From positions 32,001 to 96,000 of IMG/VR virus record IMGVR_UViG_3300025151_008277: DNA of 64,000 nt; one strand, written 5' to 3'. The DNA is from a virus. The notes beneath the pieces were generated by a model, which searched no databases, was not told the DNA's origin, and saw only the letters and a program-made list of their open reading frames with translations. Numbering within the stretch: position 1 is the first letter of the stretch; each line of letters starts with the position of its first letter. Positions 18,645 through 29,286 of the stretch are shown here, piece after piece. The translations under genes and the position numbers were made by a program.

Positions 18645-19737
18645 CTTCGTCTATTATATCAGGTATTGCGTTTTCGTTCAACTCTTTACCGTAACGATAT
18701 TTTTCTTTAATAGACTCTTCTAGTTTAACTAGAATCTTATCCCAGAGTTCCTCGTCGTTTCTCCAGTTTTTATAATACCCTAATTTTTTATCATCCATAA
18801 CGAACGTTGAACCAGTTTGCTCAATTACTCCATGAGAAACAGCAACATCGCGTAGACCTGAAAATTTATCTAATCCAGTTTTAAAATTAAGATATGACTC
18901 GCATTGCAAAAATGCAGGTACGAACCTATTTTTGACGGTTAACATTCTTAATGTGACACCGCTGTAGTTTCGAGATTCTGAAATAGCAACATCATTGTCA
19001 TTACTCGAATCTGTTTTTTCTTTCTTGGCAGCCATTTGTACGAGAATTGACGCCATATAAATAGGTCCTGAACCACCTGCTTGTTGTTTTACTAAAGTAG
19101 GGTGCAATGCACCAGGATCAGCATATGTATGATTACTAGCAATAATGGTAGTACCAGTTACTGCTGCCTTGTATGTAATCATACGCATCATGGATTTGAG
19201 CTGCTTTGCACGTAGACCCATATCCATTGCACCCTTTCCAGCACCAGCGTCGTTAATTTCCTTTTCTGATGCTAAATTACCTAATGAATCAATAGAAATA
19301 ATAAACTTACCGTGTAACTCAGGCTCCTTTTCTACATTATCAAGAAATGTCATAATTTGATTACGACAAGTCTCTACAGTATCAACAGGTACATACTTTA
19401 CGTTTTTGCTATCAAGTCCGACACCCTCTGCGCTAGCTTTATCAACAGCCACCTCAGTATCAAAAATGACAGGAATCAGATTCATTTTTTGAGCATTAGC
19501 AAGAATTTTATTTAGAATAAAAGTCTTACCACAACCTGATTCACCTGCAAAGATAGTAATTCTACCTTTAGGTACGCCACCGTATAAAGAACCTGATAGA
19601 ATTGTATTCAAGGCCATGCAACCAGTATCAATCCAATCAGTTACGTTACTCAAAGTATTATCTTCAAGTACTGTAGCATTCGCGTTTAGTTTTTGTAAAC
19701 TAGCAAAAGCTTTATCGGCAAGTTTATTAATATCCAT
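18637..19737 (-). CDS. uvsX: RecA-like recombinase UvsX
   Basis: DTG, GESGCGKT, FDTE, IDSLGNL, DMGLRAK, NHTY. Confidence 0.95.
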   Translation of the reverse strand: MDINKLADKAFASLQKLNANATVLEDNTLSNVTDWIDTGCMALNTILSGSLYGGVPKGRITIFAGESGCGKTFILNKILANAQKMNLIPVIFDTEVAVDKASAEGVGLDSKNVKYVPVDTVETCRNQIMTFLDNVEKEPELHGKFIISIDSLGNLASEKEINDAGAGKGAMDMGLRAKQLKSMMRMITYKAAVTGTTIIASNHTYADPGALHPTLVKQQAGGSGPIYMASILVQMAAKKEKTDSSNDNDVAISESRNYSGVTLRMLTVKNRFVPAFLQCESYLNFKTGLDKFSGLRDVAVSHGVIEQTGSTFVMDDKKLGYYKNWRNDEELWDKILVKLEESIKEKYRYGKELNENAIPDIIDEDE

Positions 19738-19739
19738 AA

Positions 19740-20105
19740 TTATTTCTCGAATAGTTCAACTACTGGCTCTTCTTCAGTAGCTTGAGGTACTTCTTCAGCT
19801 TTAAAATTAATCTTAGTAAAATAATGCTCTAAGATTTTATCAGTGAGAGTAACATCTACAGGTGTAATATTACTCTTGCTAAAGTGAAATAAGCTTACCC
19901 TATCTCCATTTTCAGCTGGAGTAATAAACTCATTAAAGAAAAGAGGAATAACATCTACTTTCATTTGATGAGCTTCATTCGGAGAAACCATAATCATAGC
20001 AGGATTCTTTAGTACATATGTACTATCAGTCTCTTCTGCTAGTTCACCGAAACACGTTCGGCCGATGCCATCATTAAAAACTACTAACTTATAATTTTCG
20101 TACAT
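19740..20105 (-). CDS. Hypothetical protein (Sm-like beta pattern)
   Basis: 121 aa ORF; LKNPA motif. Confidence 0.65.
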   Translation of the reverse strand: MYENYKLVVFNDGIGRTCFGELAEETDSTYVLKNPAMIMVSPNEAHQMKVDVIPLFFNEFITPAENGDRVSLFHFSKSNITPVDVTLTDKILEHYFTKINFKAEEVPQATEEEPVVELFEK

Positions 20106-20135
20106 ACAACAATAATAACATATGGTTTTTATTAA

Positions 20136-22814
20136 TCAACGGTCTATTTTAAAGAAATCAAATAAATCTGTTTGATATGCTTCACCAGGCTTATACGGTC
20201 GCCATTTGACTGAATCATAAAATCTTTCTATTACTTGAAACAGAATTTTTTCAAACATCTTTTCGTAGTCTACTAAGAATAAACTCTTAAATTCATCAGG
20301 AAAGTTATACTTAAACGCTAAGCTGTTGCACCCATATTTGTTAGGTTGTTGTACGTAGAAGTATCTTACCTTATCTCCAGAACCAATAGTTTCGTACTTA
20401 CCGCTAAGATTAAACTCTTCTAATAATTCATTGTAAAATATAGATGACTTAACGTGTATAGGTGTACCTTTACCAATGGTAAAATTATCAGCTTTAATAG
20501 CATACTTATCGTAATCTTTTATACCCATTACAAATGCTATATCTTCTACAGGTAAGCTAGAAAACAATTGGTATACCTTATCAAACATCTCATTAGTCTT
20601 AGCTTGATCCCGTGTCATGATCATATTTTCAATAATACCTCTCACATGAGGCTTGATAGGTTCTGGCATAGTAGTGCGCACTACTTCTACTCCAGTATAC
20701 TTGAAAGTATTACAAGGGTCTCCTTCATCATCTAGTTTATGAAGTACGTATCTTTTCTTCTGCAAAAACATACCCTTATCGCAAATAGATTCTCTCTTAA
20801 AGACGAACCTCGGGTCGATGGTATTAAGTGTATTTCTAGCCCAAGTCTCAATATGCTTATTGAGATAGTCTTCTATATTTTGAACTAAATCATACACCTC
20901 AGGTTTAACGACAATATTTTTCGTTGCAGGAGAATGCGCTTCGATAAAAAGAGGTATATTCATATGCTCAAGTAAAGGTGATATAGTAACATAACTTGAG
21001 TCAGTATCATTGTATATAACCGGGTCATTATTTTTAAGATCTTCATCAGAGAGATTAGTATGCTCTTTAATGTAGTTTCTTAGTATAACATTACTTTGTT
21101 TAATTACATCCTGTCCTGTAAGTGTAATAGACCTTGCAATATCACCATCACCCATTTGAGAGTGTTTATTACCAAAGTAGCCATATATTCGATTGATAAG
21201 AATTTTTAGAGTAAGCTGATAAATTTTAGCTTGGTTAATCTTAGTAGGTAATTCCCCAATACGTTTATTAATTTTCTCCTTTTCTTTTGTATCAGTAATA
21301 TCATCTACTTTATTTTTAAGATCAGTTAACTCTTTTTTAAGTTCGATCATTAAGTCTTTCTTCTCTCTTCTAATCTTATAGAAGTGTTCTGATATGGTAG
21401 GGAAAATACCTTTAGGTTCTTGAAAGAATAGTTTCTTTGCTCTTGTAACAGCTATTTTATTCTTTTTAATCCACTTAACAAAATTAGGTTTTGAGAACTT
21501 GAAGTCTTCGTTATTGATTGACTTTACATAAACAGTATCATCATCAGTAAAGGTAATTTCTCCAAACTTAGTTTCAGGACTAAGATTAAGAGTAATCATA
21601 GTAGAAGGGTATAGAGAGTTAGCATCAAATGATATAATATTGTCTTGAAATCCTCGCTGTGGTTCACTTACGTAAGCTCCTTCATACTTCTCTGTACGAG
21701 ATTTATCTTTAATGAATGTAGGGATAACTCGAGGGTCTTCACCTCTACGAGCTTGAATTATAGCTCTTCCATTTACAGTACTAATGGTGCCTAGAGCAGC
21801 ATTAAATGGAGTTAAACCAATATAAGATAACATTCTTACAAGATCTAAGAATTGTAATTTTTCATCAAGTTTGCAGAGAAGAGTAACGTCTTGAATATTG
21901 TAATCTACGAATGTCTTCCAGTCTTTTTTAGCAAGAGTAGCTAAGTTAGTATTATTAGTATCTATCTTTCTACCTACTCCTTCGTATTCACCAATTGAGT
22001 CAAGCTTATAACTATCTCTCATACCCATTGAGAATGTTTTGTAGATATCAAGATAGTCAAGCATACTAATACCTTCTACTACATACTTTGTTTGCTCTTT
22101 ACCAAACGTACCTCTGAATTGTCTAGCATAAACAGGTTGTTTAAGTTCTTCACTCATCGGAGAGATCATATTCCGAACATCTTCTCCAAAAACATTTTGT
22201 AAGCGATTTATGATATATGGAATATCAAATGTCTCACTATTCCATCCAGATAAGATATCAGGAGGGTCTTTACGATAGAAGTTGAGGAAGTTCCATAAGA
22301 GGTCTTTTTCTGTCTTACAGTTTACATAAACAACATTATCTAGCTCGGGTTTGTATTCTCCTAGTCCCCATGAATAGTATGTTTTATCTAAAGTATCATA
22401 TACCGTAATAATGTTGATAGGAAACTTAGCATCTTCAGGTTTAGGGAATTCATCAGGAGAATAAACCTCAATATCAAAAAACCAATTCTTTAACGGGAAT
22501 TGATCAAACGTATCACTCTCATTTTCATTCCAATATGAGTCTATAAGAAATTGTTGATAGGGAGTAATGTTCTCAAAAATACGATCAATACCTAGATCTT
22601 GAATTCGAGTTCTTCTATCCTTTTCAGACTTACAAACAATACGTCTGAGCTTCGTACCATACAGAGAGGTAGCAACTTGAAGTCTAGGATTAGAGGTTTC
22701 GTAATAGAAGTAAGGTCGATAATCAACATCAGTAGTTATTCTACCACCGTCTTCCGACCAAGTAAATAACCGCATTTTACGCTCATGCGGCATATATGAT
22801 AAACCTCTATACAT
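20136..22814 (-). CDS. gp43: Family B DNA polymerase (gp43)
   Basis: ExoI DIE, GWN-x-x-x-FD, YNIQD, motif A SFDANSLYPS, motif B KILINRIYG, motif C DTDS, KKRY. Confidence 0.98.
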   Translation of the reverse strand: MYRGLSYMPHERKMRLFTWSEDGGRITTDVDYRPYFYYETSNPRLQVATSLYGTKLRRIVCKSEKDRRTRIQDLGIDRIFENITPYQQFLIDSYWNENESDTFDQFPLKNWFFDIEVYSPDEFPKPEDAKFPINIITVYDTLDKTYYSWGLGEYKPELDNVVYVNCKTEKDLLWNFLNFYRKDPPDILSGWNSETFDIPYIINRLQNVFGEDVRNMISPMSEELKQPVYARQFRGTFGKEQTKYVVEGISMLDYLDIYKTFSMGMRDSYKLDSIGEYEGVGRKIDTNNTNLATLAKKDWKTFVDYNIQDVTLLCKLDEKLQFLDLVRMLSYIGLTPFNAALGTISTVNGRAIIQARRGEDPRVIPTFIKDKSRTEKYEGAYVSEPQRGFQDNIISFDANSLYPSTMITLNLSPETKFGEITFTDDDTVYVKSINNEDFKFSKPNFVKWIKKNKIAVTRAKKLFFQEPKGIFPTISEHFYKIRREKKDLMIELKKELTDLKNKVDDITDTKEKEKINKRIGELPTKINQAKIYQLTLKILINRIYGYFGNKHSQMGDGDIARSITLTGQDVIKQSNVILRNYIKEHTNLSDEDLKNNDPVIYNDTDSSYVTISPLLEHMNIPLFIEAHSPATKNIVVKPEVYDLVQNIEDYLNKHIETWARNTLNTIDPRFVFKRESICDKGMFLQKKRYVLHKLDDEGDPCNTFKYTGVEVVRTTMPEPIKPHVRGIIENMIMTRDQAKTNEMFDKVYQLFSSLPVEDIAFVMGIKDYDKYAIKADNFTIGKGTPIHVKSSIFYNELLEEFNLSGKYETIGSGDKVRYFYVQQPNKYGCNSLAFKYNFPDEFKSLFLVDYEKMFEKILFQVIERFYDSVKWRPYKPGEAYQTDLFDFFKIDR

Positions 22815-22838
22815 AAAAGATAGTATAGAGGTTTTCCG

Positions 22839-24068
22839 TTAGTTTACAACTACTTTATTTAGCTTGTTTATATTTTTACGATCCGGATGTCCGTACGGAT
22901 ACTTATATAGCTCTTCGTAAAAACCTATGTTGTCTTCTAACCAACGATTGTTACTGAAAATTTTAGCCTTCTTACTAGCTGACATATAACGCTTACGATC
23001 TGAAACCAAAGCTTTAATTTGATCAATTAGTTCATCCCCAGTTTTAAATTTATAAGGAGCGTTTTTGTATGTAACTAAATCCTGACAAATAGTAGGAATA
23101 CCCATACAGCAACCTTCAATAAATTTGAGATCACTCTTAGCTTTATTAAAGGTATTATCAGCTAAAGGTGCATACATTAACTGACATTTAAGTTCATGAA
23201 TTTTGTATGGATATCTCATTAATCCTTCCCAACCGTGAAATTCGACTTTTCTTTCTCTTACCAAGTCTGCTAGTGGCCCTGGAAAACCTCCAAAAAATAC
23301 CCATTGAAAGTCTTTTACAGTCTTTCTGATCGCATCGTTAACTAAAAAGAAATCATCTTGATGCTTTACCCTTTGGTCAACATCAAAATGAGCTCCAGAA
23401 CCGCAATACAAGATCCTAGGCTTCTTTTTATTATTTTCATAATTTGTAGAGATTTCTGTTCTATCGTAAAAACGATCCATCCAAAACTTAGGTACAAAAT
23501 TAGGAATAACAGTAATTTGTTCATGACCAGTTTTCTCCTGAAAGTATTCTTTCATAAACTGATTGGTGACAGTCATTTCATCTGCCATTTGCATAATCTC
23601 CATTGATGTTTTTCTTATTTCTGGATCTGCAAATGCAGTTTTAAATTTATTATATTCTGGTATATCCTCATGAAAAATAATATCGTCAATCTCGTATATA
23701 AGATTCATATTATTTTGTTTTTGTATATCTTTTAAAAAGCTAAAGTATTCTTTTTGCTGTAATGTAGCTTGACGTTGCACGCGTATGGTTTTTACATTAT
23801 GGAAGAAATTACCCTCTCCTACCATTACAGTACTTCCTGCAATATTAAATTTTTGATTAGCTTTTAGAACTTGTTCAGGCCAAATCATACGCCAGTGACC
23901 ACAACCAGAATAGTCTGCATAAAAATTTAATACTCGATCAAGGTCGTCTTTTTTCTTTTTAGCTTCTTCTTCTTTTAGAGTAGCTTGCGCTAAAGCAGCT
24001 AAACTACCTACCGTTGGTTCTACTGTACTAAATGGTCTTCTTGTTACGTTATTGAAAGGGGATAACAT
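22839..24068 (-). CDS. GT-B fold glycosyltransferase
   Basis: SGCGHWRM, VQRQ, YEIDD, VIPN, APLADNTFNKAKSDLKFIE. Confidence 0.8.
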   Translation of the reverse strand: MLSPFNNVTRRPFSTVEPTVGSLAALAQATLKEEEAKKKKDDLDRVLNFYADYSGCGHWRMIWPEQVLKANQKFNIAGSTVMVGEGNFFHNVKTIRVQRQATLQQKEYFSFLKDIQKQNNMNLIYEIDDIIFHEDIPEYNKFKTAFADPEIRKTSMEIMQMADEMTVTNQFMKEYFQEKTGHEQITVIPNFVPKFWMDRFYDRTEISTNYENNKKKPRILYCGSGAHFDVDQRVKHQDDFFLVNDAIRKTVKDFQWVFFGGFPGPLADLVRERKVEFHGWEGLMRYPYKIHELKCQLMYAPLADNTFNKAKSDLKFIEGCCMGIPTICQDLVTYKNAPYKFKTGDELIDQIKALVSDRKRYMSASKKAKIFSNNRWLEDNIGFYEELYKYPYGHPDRKNINKLNKVVVN

Positions 24069-24069
24069 A

Positions 24070-25881
24070 TTAATTGTTGTATTTTAATTTTCTAGTTATG
24101 CCGTTAGTTTTTTCTAAGTAAATAACTTCCCCAGAACTTTCCTTGGCTGATTCTTTTCTATGCGATATTATATATATCGACTCATTGTAAGTTTCAACTC
24201 TTTCTTTAAGAATATTGAGTACTAACTCAACTCCCTTTTCATCAAGAGAAGAGTCTAGAAGTTCGTCAAACATAACAAGGTTATAAGAAACATCACCTTG
24301 CATTCTTCTAATATCCATAAAAGTAAACAAGCAAGCTAAATCAATATTCTTTCTTTCTGCACCAGAGAAATTAAAGTAAGAACATTCTTGTCCTTTGTCA
24401 TTTTTAATCTCTTCTTCAAAAAATTCATTAAACTTACAAACACAATTTGCGTCCATCTTTTTAAGATAGTATAAAAGTCTACCGTTTAAAATATTAAGAA
24501 TTTTCTTTACAATAAACGACTTAACTCCTTCTTCAGATAGAATAAATTTTACAAACTCTAATACTTTGTTATTCTTAGAAAGAGATTCAACTTGTTCTTC
24601 AAGCATATCTACCTTAGTAGTATAATCTTTAATCTGATTTTCTAGATCCAAATCATTATCATTACTACTTTCAGCATCTTTAATCTCTTTTTCGATATCT
24701 AGAATTTCTTCTTTAATTTCGGTTATACTTGCTCTTACTCGCTTATTAGACTCTATCGCAGTTAAACAATCTTTAAGATAAGATTTACATTTATCAGATT
24801 CTAATCTATAATCGTTTTTATAATTCTTTAGTTTGTCAACTTGTAATAAAATCTCATCAATATCACTTTCTCTATCAGCAATATCATTACTAATTTTATT
24901 TTTTTCATCTTCTATATGAGCGAGATCCTCAGAAGAAATTTCATGCAAGCAAACTGGACACGAGCTTTTATCAGTACCGATTTGTTTAAATGTTCTCTCA
25001 AACATTTTAATCTCAGTCTCATACTGCATTTTTTTATAATGCTCTCTTTCGATAGCAGTATCTATGTCGGATATTTTATTATCAAAGTTACTTTTCTTTT
25101 CTTTAATATCGCTGACGAGTTTTAAATTAGGTTCAGTAATTTGATCTTCAAGTAAAATTAGTTTGTTTTTCTTTTTATTGATATCTGAATTATATCGACT
25201 AATTCTATTTTTAATATCAGACTTTTTATCTTCTAATTGCTTAGAAACTATATCTTTATAATTCTTTTGATGATTAAGTTCTTTATTTGTAGAATCATAA
25301 TCTCTTAACACATCATTATGCTCGTTCCGAGCTGCTTGTAGCATTTGAGAAAACACCTCAAGTTTAAGAATACCTTCAATAAACTTTCTCTTCTCTACTT
25401 TTTTCTGAGCCATAAAAGGTAGAGTGGTATTAATAGACATAATAACACAATTCTGAAATATCTCTTGAGACGCGTAAAGTATCTCTTTGATTCTGTTTGT
25501 TGTGTTAATTATGGTACTTTCAGTTTTATCTTCATCATTTATATAAAGGAAACATTTTGTAGGTTTAAGAGATCTAATTATTTTATACTCAGTTACCTTA
25601 TTACTTTCAGTGACAGAAAATGAGAGCTCTACGTATGTACCCTTTTTAGTAATATTATTAACAATATTACTCTTAGGTATTTCTCTTATTGTCTCCCCAA
25701 AGATAGCAAAGTGTATACTATCAGCAATAGTACTTTTACCTACTCCATTACGCCTATCAACCTTATCTTTATTATTACCTGTGATAACATTGATACCTTT
25801 CTTAAAGACAACTTCAACCTCTTCATCACCTATTGATAAAAAGTTTCTAGCTTTGATATAATTAAAGTTAACGAACTTCAT
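24070..25881 (-). CDS. gp46: Rad50/SbcC-like recombination ATPase (gp46)
   Basis: NFLSIG, NGVGKST, CPVC hook, FSGAE, FDE, ISH. Confidence 0.96.
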   Translation of the reverse strand: MKFVNFNYIKARNFLSIGDEEVEVVFKKGINVITGNNKDKVDRRNGVGKSTIADSIHFAIFGETIREIPKSNIVNNITKKGTYVELSFSVTESNKVTEYKIIRSLKPTKCFLYINDEDKTESTIINTTNRIKEILYASQEIFQNCVIMSINTTLPFMAQKKVEKRKFIEGILKLEVFSQMLQAARNEHNDVLRDYDSTNKELNHQKNYKDIVSKQLEDKKSDIKNRISRYNSDINKKKNKLILLEDQITEPNLKLVSDIKEKKSNFDNKISDIDTAIEREHYKKMQYETEIKMFERTFKQIGTDKSSCPVCLHEISSEDLAHIEDEKNKISNDIADRESDIDEILLQVDKLKNYKNDYRLESDKCKSYLKDCLTAIESNKRVRASITEIKEEILDIEKEIKDAESSNDNDLDLENQIKDYTTKVDMLEEQVESLSKNNKVLEFVKFILSEEGVKSFIVKKILNILNGRLLYYLKKMDANCVCKFNEFFEEEIKNDKGQECSYFNFSGAERKNIDLACLFTFMDIRRMQGDVSYNLVMFDELLDSSLDEKGVELVLNILKERVETYNESIYIISHRKESAKESSGEVIYLEKTNGITRKLKYNN

Positions 25882-26900
25882 ACAAACTGCTTATAGATTT
25901 CTATGGTTTTTTTAATGACATCAACTTTGTATTCGTCATCAATCGTATTATCAATATATTCTATAATGCATTCCCTAGTATTCAAGTCAGCTAATTCATT
26001 AGTAAACGGCGTATCTCCAGGATTAAATTTGTGAAGATAATCTACTGTAAGGTCAACTGGGTTATAAGAGTTAACTTTAGAAACAATATTATCTAGATCT
26101 TTAATCTTAATATCATTATCTACTAGAAGTTTTAGAATTATATTATGTAGTCTATCTTTATATTGAGGTAGTGTTGCAATATCGCTGGTTTTTATTTTAA
26201 CATGATTAGGTGAATAATTATTCTCAATAAACTCATACGATAAATCTTCCAGATCAATAATATAAAATCCCTTTTTATCTCCTAGATCACTAAAGTCCAT
26301 TTCAAAAGTGTTACCCGCATATACTACTACACCATTATCATAATTTCTTTCTTCTCTCTTATGAAAGTGGCCTGAGAATACTCTCGTAGTTTTATTTAAA
26401 AGTTCTCTAGAATTAAAACCATGTTCACAAACTTTAAAATTATTATACTTAAAGTTCTGAATCTCAAAATGACCAAATATGATATCAGCAGGCTCAATCT
26501 CACTCATATCAATACCCCAAGGACACATCATTAAGTCTCTGCCTTTTTTCCTAATTACTTTAGGAACATCAATGACGTCAATATTATTTTTAGTATTAAG
26601 AATTGATAAAGAATTTACTGTAGAATGATCCTTATAATAAGAATCATGATTACCAGTAATCATAGTAATATTGAAATCTTTAAATGTATCCAATATTAGA
26701 TTAGCTGCATGTAAGCATTTTACATTTACTTCATCTCTATAATGGAAAAAATCCCCTCCAAAAATTAGTTCATGTATATTACGATCCTTTAGCTCTTTTT
26801 GAAACCAATTAGACCATTCTAAAGCAATAGTTAACCAGCGTTCGCTATTTTGATGAACACCGAGATGAAGATCTGTAAAAAACGCAATCTTAGAATTCAT
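25878..26900 (-). CDS. gp47: Mre11/SbcD-like nuclease (gp47)
   Basis: TDLHLG, GDFFH, GNHD, GHFE, SGHFH. Confidence 0.95.
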   Translation of the reverse strand: MNSKIAFFTDLHLGVHQNSERWLTIALEWSNWFQKELKDRNIHELIFGGDFFHYRDEVNVKCLHAANLILDTFKDFNITMITGNHDSYYKDHSTVNSLSILNTKNNIDVIDVPKVIRKKGRDLMMCPWGIDMSEIEPADIIFGHFEIQNFKYNNFKVCEHGFNSRELLNKTTRVFSGHFHKREERNYDNGVVVYAGNTFEMDFSDLGDKKGFYIIDLEDLSYEFIENNYSPNHVKIKTSDIATLPQYKDRLHNIILKLLVDNDIKIKDLDNIVSKVNSYNPVDLTVDYLHKFNPGDTPFTNELADLNTRECIIEYIDNTIDDEYKVDVIKKTIEIYKQFV

Positions 26901-27361
26901 TAGTCGTTGTAATTAATCATACCATCTTCATCGGAGTTTTTTACATACACTCTCCCGTTTCCTTCAGCGCACATAATTTCTTCGTAGATGGTTTCTTGAT
27001 ATTCATTAATAGTCTGTTTGTATCGCTTTTCTTTCTTAATTCGATTTATAAATGCATGATAAGCTATTGTTGTAAAATAAGAGAAAGGATTTGAATGTGA
27101 TTCAATATTAAATTTCTTATGTTTCAAAGCTGTAAACATTTTAACTACTGCATCCCCGACCATTTCATCTTTATAGGTGTAATTGATAAAATTAGTTGCA
27201 TAGCTTAGTCCAATTGCAATCTTATGAACCGACTCGGCAAGAGTATCACATAAATCATCTGTCTCGTAATAAGTTTTAATCTGATTATAAAACTCTTTAG
27301 GATTTACGTAATATTCAGTCTTCTTACCCTTTTTATTTTTCGAAGTAGTTTTTTTGTTCAT
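26900..27361 (-). CDS. gp55: Late transcription sigma factor (gp55)
   Basis: YYVN, NFINYTYKDEM, NPFSYFT, AFINRIKKEK. Confidence 0.95.
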   Translation of the reverse strand: MNKKTTSKNKKGKKTEYYVNPKEFYNQIKTYYETDDLCDTLAESVHKIAIGLSYATNFINYTYKDEMVGDAVVKMFTALKHKKFNIESHSNPFSYFTTIAYHAFINRIKKEKRYKQTINEYQETIYEEIMCAEGNGRVYVKNSDEDGMINYND

Positions 27362-28763
27362 ATTTTATATTTTCTGAATCATAAAGTTTTTTTCGCTCAT
27401 CTATATGTCTTTGACCATATATCAAGTTGTCAGCGATATCGAATATTATAAGCTGCTTCTTATCTTTATGCAAGCGTAAGCCTCTACCTATACTCTGAAT
27501 AATTCTAACCTTAGCTTTGCCGCCGTTAGCGAACATAATATAGTGAAGGTTTTTAATATTAATACCAGTTGAGAATATTTTCGAAATAGCAATAACAACA
27601 ATATTGGTTTCGGTTTCCATTAACTTTTGGATATTACGTCTTTCCTCAACTTCAACATCTCCCCTTATAAAGAAAACCTTTTTATCCTTACAAGCACGAG
27701 TTACATAATCTAATAAAATCTCTCCATGCTCAATATAATCAATTAGTATAAGTGTATTATTATCTAAAGCAGAAGAGATTTTACTTATTACATTGTTTCT
27801 GTAGTTGTTGTTTTTTATAAATTCTCCTTCTTGTAAATAAAAATTTACAGAAGATTTTTTATCATAGATATCAGATTCTTTAGCTTTATAATTAAGCTCT
27901 AAAATATGAACCTTTGCAGGGGTAACATAATTATCTTCTCTGAGTTGATATGCTTTTCTTTCATATAACTGAGGCCCGATCTTACCAAAAATATTCCATC
28001 TATCTAAAGGTTCATCAGGAAGAGTACCAGTGAATCCAAACTTATGTTTAGTATCAATAGTTTTAATAATATTGTTTATTTTATTGTCTTTTCGTAGCTT
28101 GTGAGTTTCGTCAACTATGAGTATATCGATATTTTTTATCCAACTAGTATCACTTTTTTCGCTTTGTAGTATTCCCATATTAGCAATAACTACATGTGTA
28201 TTCATATCTAATTGATTATTACCAGACCATATAGAATGAGAATAGTTAACTTCATACTCGATAAAATCATTATGTGTTTGATTAACCAGGCCTAGATCAG
28301 GTACAATAATTAAACCTTTAAAAAATTTATTGACGTTTTGATAATAATATTCTATCAAGCTAGCCATGGTGAGAGTTTTACCGCCAGCTGTTGCTAACAC
28401 TACTGTACCTCTGCCAGCTCGAATACATCTCTCAACTATATCTTTTTGATAATCTCTTAAATCAAATTTAAGATCATATTTTATTGTAGGAGGCGGTAAT
28501 GTGGGTACGAGTATATCTGTAACTCCTTTTTCAAATTTATATTCAATATCTTTAGATTGACAAAATTTAATTATTTCATGTACTAATCCAATATCACATC
28601 TACCTTTAGGTGTTATTGCATATATTCTATCTTTAGTAAATCTCCGGAGTCGTCGTTGAAAGTTAGCCGCTTTATTTTCTACACTAAAATGTTCTCTGAT
28701 TAAATTTAACTCAGTACCACATACGTAAACAAGCTTATCATTATGGAATTTAAATTCTATCAT
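27333..28763 (-). CDS. uvsW: UvsW SF2 helicase
   Basis: LRDYQ, ATAGGKT, VDETH, FGFTGT, FSTGINI, QSIGRGLR. Confidence 0.95.
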   Translation of the reverse strand: MIEFKFHNDKLVYVCGTELNLIREHFSVENKAANFQRRLRRFTKDRIYAITPKGRCDIGLVHEIIKFCQSKDIEYKFEKGVTDILVPTLPPPTIKYDLKFDLRDYQKDIVERCIRAGRGTVVLATAGGKTLTMASLIEYYYQNVNKFFKGLIIVPDLGLVNQTHNDFIEYEVNYSHSIWSGNNQLDMNTHVVIANMGILQSEKSDTSWIKNIDILIVDETHKLRKDNKINNIIKTIDTKHKFGFTGTLPDEPLDRWNIFGKIGPQLYERKAYQLREDNYVTPAKVHILELNYKAKESDIYDKKSSVNFYLQEGEFIKNNNYRNNVISKISSALDNNTLILIDYIEHGEILLDYVTRACKDKKVFFIRGDVEVEERRNIQKLMETETNIVVIAISKIFSTGINIKNLHYIMFANGGKAKVRIIQSIGRGLRLHKDKKQLIIFDIADNLIYGQRHIDERKKLYDSENIKYEQKNYFEK

Positions 28764-29164
28764 TGAAGCTCTAACTTTTCTAATTCAATTAAGTTTTTAA
28801 TATCCCATTGTATATTATTCACAATGTTTTGTATTTTTTCTAAATACTCTAAAATTAGTTCTTCTTCTTGAATTTTAATATCTATCTCTACTAATTCTTT
28901 TCTATTAGTTACAGATTTTTCAGCAATGGATATGTTAACTTTTACAGGAGATTGATCAATATATTCTGATACCAATTCTCTATATAATTCTTTTTTAGCT
29001 ACTTTTAATTTAATTAATCTTCTTTTATGATTAATATAACGACCAGCCCATTTATGCTTTAAAGAAGGTAATTTAGTTTGATGATTATCGAGGTTTAACT
29101 TATTAATATTGATCTCTGGTTTGAGCTCATTACTATAGTCCTCTAATATCTGATCAACATCCAT
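28760..29164 (-). CDS. uvsY: Recombination mediator UvsY
   Basis: Helical ~134 aa protein with KW and C-terminal WDIKNLIE; adjacent to uvsW; start re-assigned to MDVDQ. Confidence 0.85.
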   Translation of the reverse strand: MDVDQILEDYSNELKPEININKLNLDNHQTKLPSLKHKWAGRYINHKRRLIKLKVAKKELYRELVSEYIDQSPVKVNISIAEKSVTNRKELVEIDIKIQEEELILEYLEKIQNIVNNIQWDIKNLIELEKLELQ

Positions 29165-29170
29165 AGATTT

Positions 29171-29197
29171 ATTATAACTATAAATCACAGAAGTCAA
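29171..29197 (-). promoter_or_regulatory. Sigma70-like early/middle promoter for the replication operon
   Basis: TTGACT-N15-TATAAT-N6-ATG. Confidence 0.6.
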
Positions 29198-29286
29198 CTA
29201 TAGAAATTTAGACTATAGTTTTTCGTTCCCTCCGTAATTCATTTATTTTGGCACTGTAAAATTGCAACTGTATGATAAATACTTAT

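Noticed and set aside
21230-21380. Lys/Glu-rich extension in the polymerase fingers as a possible intein
   Set aside because: No C/S...HN splice motifs; it looks like a simple coiled-coil extension.
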